From positions 1-64,000 of the forward strand of contig JBEKDF010000015.1 in the NCBI GenBank assembly GCA_050014495.1: DNA of 64,000 nucleotides. Reading direction: 5' to 3'. Source of the stretch: Candidatus Bathyarchaeia archaeon. Its GTDB lineage: Archaea; Thermoproteota; Bathyarchaeia; TCS64. The notes beneath the pieces were generated by a model. It worked only from the letters and a program-made list of their open reading frames with translations. It searched no databases and was not told where the DNA came from. The first letter of the stretch is position 1. Each line of letters opens with the position of its first letter. The position numbers and the translations under genes were made by a program. Below, piece after piece: positions 1-7,890 of the stretch.

Positions 1-191
1 TGAGTCATGACGAATCCATCTTGGAACATTAGGGCCATTCTAAAACACTATAGAATACTGGGGCCCTAATGGAATATATATCGCGTGCGTCGTCGCTACA
101 ATATATTAGGTTGTCTAAATCTGCGCGCGCGGATAAGATTTTCATCACACATCACTGTGTATGAATTAAAAAAACCGAACATGAAAAACGG

Positions 192-818
192 TTAGACATT
201 CATCCACTTATCGTAATGCAGTTTCTCCTCCAGCGATACAGCCTTCTGTTTAATCAGATAATCCTCAGGATAACCTATCGGAATAGCAGCCGCCACCTCG
301 TAGCCATCAGGCACACCCAACAACCACTTGAGGGAAGCCGTCTCGCGAGGCACACTGGTAACCCCATACAACCCCTCCGCCGCCATCGCCAACAAGATAT
401 TCTCAATACACATCCAAATCGAGGCCAAATCATTCAGATCATAAAGAATCTCACACTCCTTGAGGGGCTTCCTCAGCCTATAGCAGACGACGAGCAGCTC
501 CGGAGAACTCACCAGCATCTTCTCCTGAACGTGTAACGCCTTGCTGTACATCTCTTTCTGTAGTGGATCTGTCCAGTTACCTAGTGTCTTTTCAAGCTCC
601 ATCTCGTTCGTGATATTCTTCGCCTTTGAGACCAGCTCAGTGACTTTTTTCCTCTGCTCAGCGTCTTTAATGAGGATGAACTCCCACTGCCGTAGGTGGT
701 TATTTGAGGGGGCCTTGAGTCCTGCCTCTAGGATTCTTTGGAGTTTCTCTTTTTCTACGGGTTTTGTTTGGAACTTTCTTACGCTTCTTCTGTTGTTTAT
801 GGCTTCATAGAGATCCAA
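192..818 (-). CDS. Nitroreductase family protein (cassette cargo)
   Basis: N-terminal RRSVRKF and APSNNHLRQWEF nitroreductase motifs; IENILLAMAAEGLYG. Confidence 0.9.
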   Translation of the reverse strand: MDLYEAINNRRSVRKFQTKPVEKEKLQRILEAGLKAPSNNHLRQWEFILIKDAEQRKKVTELVSKAKNITNEMELEKTLGNWTDPLQKEMYSKALHVQEKMLVSSPELLVVCYRLRKPLKECEILYDLNDLASIWMCIENILLAMAAEGLYGVTSVPRETASLKWLLGVPDGYEVAAAIPIGYPEDYLIKQKAVSLEEKLHYDKWMNV

Positions 819-884
819 TTACCATTCGCCTCTCAACGTTTGTATGATATGTATGTATTTGCACGCGTGGTCCACCCATAAAAC

Positions 885-926
885 AATCACTGGTTGAGTA
901 TCAGGTGGAAGTGAGGATAAGGCTAT
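885..926 (+). repeat. Cassette-boundary site copy R1 (AATCACTGGTTGAGTATCAGGTGGAAGTGAGGATAAGGCTAT)
   Basis: Exact 17-mer core AGTGAGGATAAGGCTAT at 910-926; intergenic. Confidence 0.95.
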
Positions 927-964
927 AGCCGCAAACCCACACACACACTTGCTTACGATCACAA

Positions 965-1429
965 CTAACTAACACTAACCAGTATCCGTTTTTCCATGTA
1001 GACTCTGTCGTATCCCTCTTCAGATACAAGCCCAATATTCTTCCAACCCAGATGCTCGTAAATAACCTGATTCTCAACCATCATAACATTAGTGTAAAGA
1101 CGCATTACTCTATATCCCAACTTTAAAGCCTCAGACTCAGCGAAATCAATTAACTTTCCGCCAAACCCTCGACCCTGATACCTCGGCTTAATAGCAACAT
1201 TTTCAATCAGTAGATATTCCGTCTCAGGCACAAGAACAAGAACTCCCAGTAACTCAGACCCTAGACCTTCAAGGACCCAGATGTTCTTCTGTGTAACTGC
1301 CTCCACGTAATCTTCAAGCATTGGTGCGGGCTCCTTCCCTATTCTCTGTATGTAGAGGGTATACGCGTCTTTAATGCAGGCAGTTATCTCTGGAACGTCG
1401 TTGAGTACTGCACGTCGAATTTGGTGCAT
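965..1429 (-). CDS. GNAT family N-acetyltransferase (cassette cargo)
   Basis: NVAIKPRYQGRGFGGKL acetyl-CoA motif A; probable ATG at 1429 with TTAAATA box ~25 bp upstream. Confidence 0.9.
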   Translation of the reverse strand: MHQIRRAVLNDVPEITACIKDAYTLYIQRIGKEPAPMLEDYVEAVTQKNIWVLEGLGSELLGVLVLVPETEYLLIENVAIKPRYQGRGFGGKLIDFAESEALKLGYRVMRLYTNVMMVENQVIYEHLGWKNIGLVSEEGYDRVYMEKRILVSVS

Positions 1430-1461
1430 CGGTAATCTTATTTTATCATAAATATTTAACC

Positions 1462-1503
1462 ATTCACGAACACGAAAAGGTTGGGTTTGGGGGATAAGGC
1501 TAT
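1462..1503 (+). repeat. Site copy R2 (degenerate; ATTCAC...GGATAAGGCTAT)
   Basis: Exact GGATAAGGCTAT 1492-1503, with ATTCAC at the same 42-bp spacing as other copies. Confidence 0.8.
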
Positions 1504-2042
1504 GTCTCTGAAGAGCGTAGAATCCCAATTTGTCCAGGGTGCGTGACACGCCTCTGCTTATCCTCAGAGGAAAGAACCCCGTCTATCTTCTCCGCCAAGT
1601 ACTCCCAGTCATGCAAATAAATCATGCCCCACTCCTCTCTCCTGTACACCTCTACGATCGGCTTGAACTTGAACCACATAAGATGGACCCCCAGGCCAAC
1701 CCTCCACACGGTTTCCAAGTCTACTAAGCCAGTCCTGTACTGCCACCCGATCTCGTTGCATAGGTCGAAGAAGTGTTCGCGTAGGATGTAGTTCTCGGGG
1801 TTTACCCTCGAATCGTATTTTCTCTTGAAGTCGTCTGCGTCTGTCCACTGCATGGAGAGGAGCTCGGCGTAGTCTCTCGCCCCTTCGCGGCCGAATGTGG
1901 TGGTCATCAGGGCTAGCGAGAACGTTGCTTTTCTGTTCTTCGTCGTTTCCCTCAGGTTCACTATGTAGAACGCCGCTGCTACTAGTACTCCTGTGGCGGC
2001 TACCATGTAGTAGGCGGCCTGAATCTCACCTAGATCAACCAT
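1500..2042 (-). CDS. Membrane-anchored protein, DUF4760-like (paralog of 3444..3950)
   Basis: N-terminal TM helix then soluble helical domain (GWQYRTGLVD, WFKFKPIVEVYR, WEYLAE); stop codon lies inside site R2. Confidence 0.75.
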   Translation of the reverse strand: MVDLGEIQAAYYMVAATGVLVAAAFYIVNLRETTKNRKATFSLALMTTTFGREGARDYAELLSMQWTDADDFKRKYDSRVNPENYILREHFFDLCNEIGWQYRTGLVDLETVWRVGLGVHLMWFKFKPIVEVYRREEWGMIYLHDWEYLAEKIDGVLSSEDKQRRVTHPGQIGILRSSET

Positions 2043-2050
2043 AATCAATA

Positions 2051-2092
2051 ATTCACCTGATTACACTCAGGTAGAAGTGAGGATAAGACATT
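2051..2092 (+). repeat. Site copy R3 (ATTCACCTGATTACACTCAGGTAGAAGTGAGGATAAGACATT)
   Basis: AGTGAGGATAAG exact; ACCTGA/TCAGGT internal inverted repeat. Confidence 0.9.
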
Positions 2093-2248
2093 CGCCCGTC
2101 AAATACTTGTACGTTAGATGAGGCTAATGCCAAAGAGACTTTGGGATAAGATTTTCTGGTGTAATGTGAAACGTAGGAGAAGATTTTAATTAACAAAAAT
2201 CTTTATTCTTCAATGAACACGGAATAGATGACTCTTTGGTGATTCTGG

Positions 2249-3325
2249 ATGGATGAGGAATACCAGAGGCTCGCGGAACACTTAGACCACCTCCCAGACG
2301 GCTTCCCACCGAGTAAAACCTCAGCCGAGATACCCCTCCTAAAGAGACTCTTCACATCCGAAGAGGCAAAACTAGCTGTACATCTAACACTCAACAGAGA
2401 AGACGTACACACCATAGCGAGTAAGGCGAGCCTACCAGTGGAGAAAGTCAAGACCACCTTAGAAGAGATGGCCAGAAAAGGACTCATATTTCAAGCTCAG
2501 GAAGACGACCAAACAAAGTACCAAGCCGCACCATTCGTCATAGGAATCTACGAGTTCCAAGTAAACCGACTGACAGATGGCTTCCTCAAAGACCTGGGCA
2601 ACTACTGGAGCACCCAGGAGCAGCGCGACGAACCCAAGTCTATAAGCCAGATGAGGACCATCCCAATAAACGAGAGCATAGACACCCGACTCGAAGTACT
2701 ACCATACGAAAACGTCGAAGCACTAGTTGATGCCCACACTAAATTCGGGGTAGCATCATGCATCTGCAGGAGTAGAGCCAAGAAACTCGGCAAGGGATGC
2801 GACGCTCCCACTGAGACATGCCTATTATTTGGAGACTTCGCCGACTTCTACGTAAGAACTGGGAAAGGCAGATACATAACAAAGGATGAGGTCAAGGACC
2901 TACTTCATAAGGCAAATGAGGCAAACCTAGTCCTCAATCCAACAAACTCCAAGACTGTACAGGCGATATGCTGCTGCTGCGGATGCTGCTGTGGCATACT
3001 TAATGACCTCAAATACTCTCCTAACCCCTCTGAGGCATGCGCTAGCTCCTTCATCGCGCAACACGACGAATCAATATGCATAGCGTGCATGAAGTGCATC
3101 GACCGTTGCCAGATGGAGGCAATCACTGAGGACTCGGGCGTAGTCAAGTTCAACCAAAATAGATGCATAGGCTGCGGATTATGCGTGTCAACATGTCCAA
3201 CAGGGTCCATGAGCCTAAAGAGGAAATCTCAAGCGGACAAAGAGCTACCTGAGACATTCTTTGATACGTGGAGACTTAATGCACGGCAAAGAGAAGACGC
3301 CAATGTAGATACACACATGCATTAA
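2249..3325 (+). CDS. 4Fe-4S binding protein with N-terminal HTH-like region (inverted cassette cargo)
   Basis: CICR, CCCCGCCC and two ferredoxin motifs CIACMKCIDRC, CIGCGLCVSTCP. Confidence 0.9.
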   Translation: MDEEYQRLAEHLDHLPDGFPPSKTSAEIPLLKRLFTSEEAKLAVHLTLNREDVHTIASKASLPVEKVKTTLEEMARKGLIFQAQEDDQTKYQAAPFVIGIYEFQVNRLTDGFLKDLGNYWSTQEQRDEPKSISQMRTIPINESIDTRLEVLPYENVEALVDAHTKFGVASCICRSRAKKLGKGCDAPTETCLLFGDFADFYVRTGKGRYITKDEVKDLLHKANEANLVLNPTNSKTVQAICCCCGCCCGILNDLKYSPNPSEACASSFIAQHDESICIACMKCIDRCQMEAITEDSGVVKFNQNRCIGCGLCVSTCPTGSMSLKRKSQADKELPETFFDTWRLNARQREDANVDTHMH

Positions 3326-3397
3326 AACTATGCGTGTGCTTCAGTTACAGCCACCATGCAGAAGGTGGCTTGAATCTTTGCTGAATCAACCATTACA

Positions 3398-3438
3398 ATT
3401 CACTGCTTATGGTTAGGTGGAAGTTTGGATAAGGCTAT
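3398..3438 (+). repeat. Site copy R4 (ATTCACTGCTTATGGTTAGGTGGAAGTTTGGATAAGGCTAT)
   Basis: 15/17 match to core; between convergent gene ends. Confidence 0.92.
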
Positions 3439-3443
3439 TGAGC

Positions 3444-3950
3444 CTATGTCAGCAACTCGGGATGAGACGCCATGTAATCCATGAGTCTCCCGTAGACATA
3501 CTCCATCTCGCTCATGTAGCGACTATAATCGATCTCCTTTCTATACTTCTCAATCTCGGGCCTAAACTTCTCCCACAACCTCCTAGTCGGCCCAGCACAG
3601 TACAATGCGATCAGTTTAATGTCAACTAGATTCTCCCTGACGAGGACCCCGATCCCCTCCCACGTGGAGACGATTACTTGAAGTGACACTGCTTTTTCGG
3701 GATCGTTGATTCTCTTGGCTTTGAAGTCTTCGTAGCTATTCCATTTCGCTGAATCGATGTTTATTAGGTGTCTAGAAAATTCCTCGCTGCTGGTATTGCT
3801 GTGGAGCATCATGAAGAGTTGGGCTTCCCTCGTCTGCAGGGTCGCCTTCATGTTCCTCTGCTGGGATCGCAGGGTCATAATGTAGTAGATGGCCGCAACC
3901 GTCACGCTTGCCGCAGTGACCAATACTCCAATCGTCTGCGCATCGACCAT
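3444..3950 (-). CDS. Membrane-anchored protein, DUF4760-like (paralog of 1500..2042)
   Basis: TM helix VTAASVTVAAIYYI; WEGIGVLVRENLVD, LWEKFRPEIEKYR, MEYVY. Confidence 0.75.
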   Translation of the reverse strand: MVDAQTIGVLVTAASVTVAAIYYIMTLRSQQRNMKATLQTREAQLFMMLHSNTSSEEFSRHLINIDSAKWNSYEDFKAKRINDPEKAVSLQVIVSTWEGIGVLVRENLVDIKLIALYCAGPTRRLWEKFRPEIEKYRKEIDYSRYMSEMEYVYGRLMDYMASHPELLT

Positions 3951-3952
3951 AG

Positions 3953-3993
3953 AATCACTGGCTACAATCGGGTGGAAGTGAGGATAAGGCTAT
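3953..3993 (+). repeat. Site copy R5 (AATCACTGGCTACAATCGGGTGGAAGTGAGGATAAGGCTAT)
   Basis: Exact core at 3977-3993; fills almost the whole intergenic gap. Confidence 0.95.
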
Positions 3994-4004
3994 TGAAGAA
4001 GTAG

Positions 4005-4835
4005 CTACTTTACGAATCTAATGTCGAGACCGTTGACCTTCTCACGATCCAAAGCCACCATGTTCTCATTTGCCTCCCCGAGCAATCCATTCATCCTTAG
4101 AACCTTCTTCGCAGTACGCAGCGACTTGACACCTATGGACACGGATCTAATTGAGTAATCTCTGGAGGGCGTAAACCTCAGAGTCGGGCTCCTGCCAATC
4201 ATCCACGAATCCCCATCAGGCTTCAATGGACTGAGCAGGGTCTGCCAAGCCCTCATATCTCTCTTCACGTCCTTGACCCCCAACTCGATCTCCTTCACAG
4301 CCTTAGCCCCAAGCAAACCACCCCCAGCCGCATCAAACCTCGCCTTCATGATTCGGTTATGATCATCAAGATCCCTCGCCTCGGGAGCAGACGTGAAGGA
4401 CCTGAAGGCGAGCTGAGTAAACGTGCTGAAGTCGAGCATAATCTCCTTGAACAGTGGGGCTTGAAGCAGTACATCCCTACCCCACTCGGTCTCTTGGCCT
4501 GTCTCATCGGGCATCTTCGACGCATCGATCTTGTAGGAGATGCCTCTCTTATCGAGCTCTTTGATGCATCGATCGTAATTGATAGGTTGCATTTCTAAGA
4601 TCTGTAGCTTCGCTGGTTTACTGCTCATCAGGTAATCCTTGGGGTGGAACGTCAGAAACTTGAACCAGACGTTACCCATGTATATGCCTCCTCCTCTGAA
4701 TGATCCGTGGTCGGCTGGGGCGAAGTCCTCTGGGAGGCCTAGTGTGTTTGCGAATAGGTAGTGGAGTTTGTTTGCGTCTCCTGCGGTCTCAACTACGCCG
4801 TATATGCCTTGGATTCTCTTCACGATTGGGGCCAT
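4005..4835 (-). CDS. VOC/glyoxalase-like protein (cassette cargo)
   Basis: LFANTLGLP, GGIYMGNV, ELDKRGI, EIELGVKD pattern of VOC folds; start 4835 (ATG) or 4844. Confidence 0.6.
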   Translation of the reverse strand: MAPIVKRIQGIYGVVETAGDANKLHYLFANTLGLPEDFAPADHGSFRGGGIYMGNVWFKFLTFHPKDYLMSSKPAKLQILEMQPINYDRCIKELDKRGISYKIDASKMPDETGQETEWGRDVLLQAPLFKEIMLDFSTFTQLAFRSFTSAPEARDLDDHNRIMKARFDAAGGGLLGAKAVKEIELGVKDVKRDMRAWQTLLSPLKPDGDSWMIGRSPTLRFTPSRDYSIRSVSIGVKSLRTAKKVLRMNGLLGEANENMVALDREKVNGLDIRFVK

Positions 4836-4911
4836 AAAATTCACGATTTCTCATAGTATTATCATCATTTAACATTTACCTCAAATTTGGGAAAAATAGT
4901 TGTTCTCGAAT

Positions 4912-4937
4912 TCAGTTGGGAGTGAGGATAAGGCTAT
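4912..4937 (+). repeat. Site copy R6 (TCAGTTGGGAGTGAGGATAAGGCTAT; left arm lost)
   Basis: Exact core at 4921-4937; between divergent genes. Confidence 0.92.
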
Positions 4938-5026
4938 AGCCCCAAATGGCACAACCTGGTCCAATGAGAGCTGATTTTAAGGAAAAGTTATAACTGAATC
5001 AGAAGAACTCTAAACTGGTGTTATGA

Positions 5027-5515
5027 TTGCCATCTACTGGTCAAGCACCACCCCTAAACAGCGAAGAAATTGAATCAATGCTCGAAGAGAACCACTATTT
5101 GAGGATCTGCACCCACAACAGAGACGGAACCATACACGCCATGCCTGTTGCCTATAGGTACTTGAACGGTAAAATATTGATAATGTCCCTCATCAACAGC
5201 CGAAAAAACAGAAACATTGAACGAAACAATGACGTCACCGTGCTGGTTGATACAATGGACCCGTTGAGAGGTATTCTCATCTACGGTTTGGCGGAAATGG
5301 ACTATGACAATGTCTACGAACAGGTTCTTACAATTAATGAAACCAGCCCCGCATTCAGCGGCATGCCTAGAGAAAAGTTGGAGCGTGTCACCAGAGCCTA
5401 TGTAGACGCGTACAAACTCGCGATAGTAAAAATCATGCCACGACGCATCGTAACGTTCGACTTTACCAAAGATGAGGTTTGGGACAATTTCGTCAAAACT
5501 TATCTTCAGGATTAA
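5027..5515 (+). CDS. Pyridoxamine 5'-phosphate oxidase (FMN split-barrel) family protein (inverted cassette cargo)
   Basis: ICTHNRDGTIHAMPV, SRKNRNIERNNDVTV; own BRE/TATA GGAAAAGTTATAA at 4981-4993. Confidence 0.85.
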   Translation: MPSTGQAPPLNSEEIESMLEENHYLRICTHNRDGTIHAMPVAYRYLNGKILIMSLINSRKNRNIERNNDVTVLVDTMDPLRGILIYGLAEMDYDNVYEQVLTINETSPAFSGMPREKLERVTRAYVDAYKLAIVKIMPRRIVTFDFTKDEVWDNFVKTYLQD

Positions 5516-5547
5516 GGGAAACACGTGCGTATTTGCATCAACTATTC

Positions 5548-5588
5548 AATCACTGATTAGAGTCAGGTGGAAGTGAGGATAAGGCTAT
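5548..5588 (+). repeat. Site copy R7 (AATCACTGATTAGAGTCAGGTGGAAGTGAGGATAAGGCTAT)
   Basis: Exact core at 5572-5588; CACTGA/TCAGGTG bulged inverted repeat. Confidence 0.95.
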
Positions 5589-5642
5589 GACCCACACACA
5601 CAAACTAAGGATTCCAGAAAAAATTTAAAAAATGGATTTGAA

Positions 5643-5936
5643 CTACTTCTTCTTCTCTTTATAGTACTGCTCTACGAACTTTCCTGCATCAAGCAGAGGC
5701 ACGAACTTTAGCTTCCCTTCAGGCATGTAGTGGATCACGAGGGCGTTCAGCTGCTCCTCGCTAGGATCCTCGTATACTTGGACGCTTTTGAATTCTCCAC
5801 CGAAGCTATGGGATGCAAATGCAACCTTCGGGAACTTCTTCGATCCCTTTTCTCTATCAGCCATGGCAGACCTGAATTTCTCTATTATCTTTTCGAAGTC
5901 CTCAGGGCAGTACTCCAAAAAACTCATGACTTTCAC
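5643..5936 (-). CDS. Small hypothetical protein, DUF3303-like (cassette cargo)
   Basis: 97 aa ORF with RBS GAGGTGA (5941-5947); C-terminal KFVPLLD pattern. Confidence 0.65.
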   Translation of the reverse strand: MKVMSFLEYCPEDFEKIIEKFRSAMADREKGSKKFPKVAFASHSFGGEFKSVQVYEDPSEEQLNALVIHYMPEGKLKFVPLLDAGKFVEQYYKEKKK

Positions 5937-6091
5937 TTTATCACCTCACATCTCTTTTGGTACTTGTATAGCTCCCCAACCCGGAGCCGAGGTTCTACTA
6001 TTTTTTCATTGGAGCAGAACCTTGTTTGATGAGGGATAGGGCTTGCCTATAGTTTTATTGGTAAATAATCCAGAATTATTAGAATAATTTT

Positions 6092-6120
6092 GTATCAGGT
6101 GGAGGAGAGGATAAGGCTAT
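6092..6120 (+). repeat. Site copy R8 (GTATCAGGTGGAGGAGAGGATAAGGCTAT)
   Basis: 15/17 core match preceded by TCAGGTGG. Confidence 0.9.
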
Positions 6121-6257
6121 TGAGTGATTGATGTAGCTACCAGCAATTAGTAGGCAGGTTAAATCACATCAATCAAGTGTCAAATCTTCAGTTTCCCACT
6201 TGTGCCTAAAAAATTGGATAATTAATTTTCTTTTCCCCACTATTTATATATACTTTT

Positions 6258-7136
6258 CTATTCCACAACATTGCCAATTTCCTCAAGGAACTCTTTTAAA
6301 TGTAGGATATTTACAATACAAATATCCAGTTTTCTATGTTTGTTGAGAATAGAATGATCATTAATTACATTTTCCGATAGACTCACGGGCAACCATAAAG
6401 ATCGTGGAAGACTGAATCTATAAATTGCCCAAGGTACCTCAACCAAATTAATATCATTAACATTAGGAACCACTCCCTCTTCACTAATCTTTGAATTTGG
6501 AATATCCAAAACACAGATTTTAGCAGCTGTAGTTATTACTGGAAAATACAAACGACCCCTACCAGGCGATTCAATATTAGAAGACGCTCTTTTCATATAT
6601 GAAAAATCATCATTTATCACACCCAATGTCGCAATGCTAGCCTGTTTCGCCCCTTTTCTAATTTCACTATCCCCTGATCTTTTATCCTCATCACCTTCCT
6701 TACATAATTCATGGCTATCAACGGATATTGCATTTGCATAAATGCCTCGATCTGTTTGAAGACGAATCAAACTTTGACAGTGAGCCCAAGCTCTGTCCGT
6801 CGCACGATTATATTGTAAATGAAATTGAAAATCACCTCTACGCTTCGAGTCATCATGATGCGTAAGCACAAAAAATCCTCGTGTAGACAATTTTCGGAAT
6901 AATATCCATTTTTTATGTGAAGCCCGTCTAGCCTCGATCAAAGCGAATAAATTATCACGCCATGCCTTGAAGTCTATTGATGTTTCCTCAACTGGAAGGT
7001 TACTTGGATCAGGTAAGACAGAAACAGCGTAATCAATGTTAAAATTCCAGTGGACCTGTTCTAACTGTTCTGCAACTTTCATTTCAAAAAGGTAGCCCGT
7101 TTTTTCTAAGCCATCCCAATAATTAGAGCGTGACAT
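6258..7136 (-). CDS. Hypothetical protein, possible PD-(D/E)XK nuclease fold (cassette cargo)
   Basis: GYLFEMKVAEQL...SIDFKA...LIEARRA resembles the E...D...ExK nuclease signature; AT-rich. Confidence 0.55.
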   Translation of the reverse strand: MSRSNYWDGLEKTGYLFEMKVAEQLEQVHWNFNIDYAVSVLPDPSNLPVEETSIDFKAWRDNLFALIEARRASHKKWILFRKLSTRGFFVLTHHDDSKRRGDFQFHLQYNRATDRAWAHCQSLIRLQTDRGIYANAISVDSHELCKEGDEDKRSGDSEIRKGAKQASIATLGVINDDFSYMKRASSNIESPGRGRLYFPVITTAAKICVLDIPNSKISEEGVVPNVNDINLVEVPWAIYRFSLPRSLWLPVSLSENVINDHSILNKHRKLDICIVNILHLKEFLEEIGNVVE

Positions 7137-7325
7137 TATAGTAATCTAAGATATTTTTGTTAATAATGTTTATAAAATGTAGCATACTCACATTTGGCTG
7201 ACATTCACTCAACCGTCTCCTACTCTGATGTGCCTAGGATGCGCGAGCGCACTCACACTGAAAGTTTCTTTGGCGAATGGAAAAATCGTATAGTAAACGG
7301 GCCAAGCACATGAGCAACCTTTCCC

Positions 7326-7523
7326 CTAGTTGGATGCAAATTCAACAACTAGCAAAATAACTCCAACAAATGCCATTCCCATCCCAAGATAAATTGCCGT
7401 GTTCACGTCTATGAATCTGGTGTTAGTTTTAGATCTAATCTTCGTCACTAATGCGATTACTATTCCAGTGAGAAGTAAAATAATGCCTAGTCTACCAAGA
7501 ATCGAACTATACCACATGGACAT
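7326..7523 (-). CDS. Small 2-TM membrane protein
   Basis: 65 aa with two hydrophobic helices; TTTAAATA box at 7552-7560. Confidence 0.6.
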   Translation of the reverse strand: MSMWYSSILGRLGIILLLTGIVIALVTKIRSKTNTRFIDVNTAIYLGMGMAFVGVILLVVEFASN

Positions 7524-7624
7524 CTTTTTCGATAATTACTCAGTAATTGCTATTTAAATAGGTTAAAGACAAGCAACCCTGAGCCTCTTGATGGAGGGAC
7601 GGTGATATTGGCGCATAGAGATGT

Positions 7625-7648
7625 GGGGCGGAGTGAGGGTGAGGCTGT
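7625..7648 (+). repeat. Recombinase-proximal degenerate site copy R9 (GGGGCGGAGTGAGGGTGAGGCTGT)
   Basis: 14/17 core match at 7632-7648; all three differences are A>G transitions. Confidence 0.7.
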
Positions 7649-7890
7649 GAGGCCCCACGACATCTACGCGTGCTATTCCTGCGAGTTGAATAAAGTCACG
7701 CCATGCAAATACAGAAGGCGAGCCCGCTTCATGAGTAACCTGGACCAGTGGGCTAAATGCTCACACATATCTTAGTATGGGATGCGCGCGCGGATGATAG
7801 ATTATCTGCTTCATCCCTTTTGCGAGTTATGTCAACCATTAAAAGCGGGCGAGCTTAGCCTTGAGGAAAACTGGGCATATCCTTTGTAAT

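Noticed and set aside
2176..2191. GGAGAAGATTTT as a site variant
   Set aside because: Better explained as the BRE/TATA of the 2249 gene; similar words precede core genes (25245, 42112).
6028..6050. GATGAGGGATAGGGCTT as an extra site copy (empty cassette before R8)
   Set aside because: Needs an indel plus mismatches and has no left arm; too weak to count.
885..7648. Repeats as a CRISPR array
   Set aside because: Intervals are 0.5-1.5 kb and contain whole genes; no cas genes in the window.
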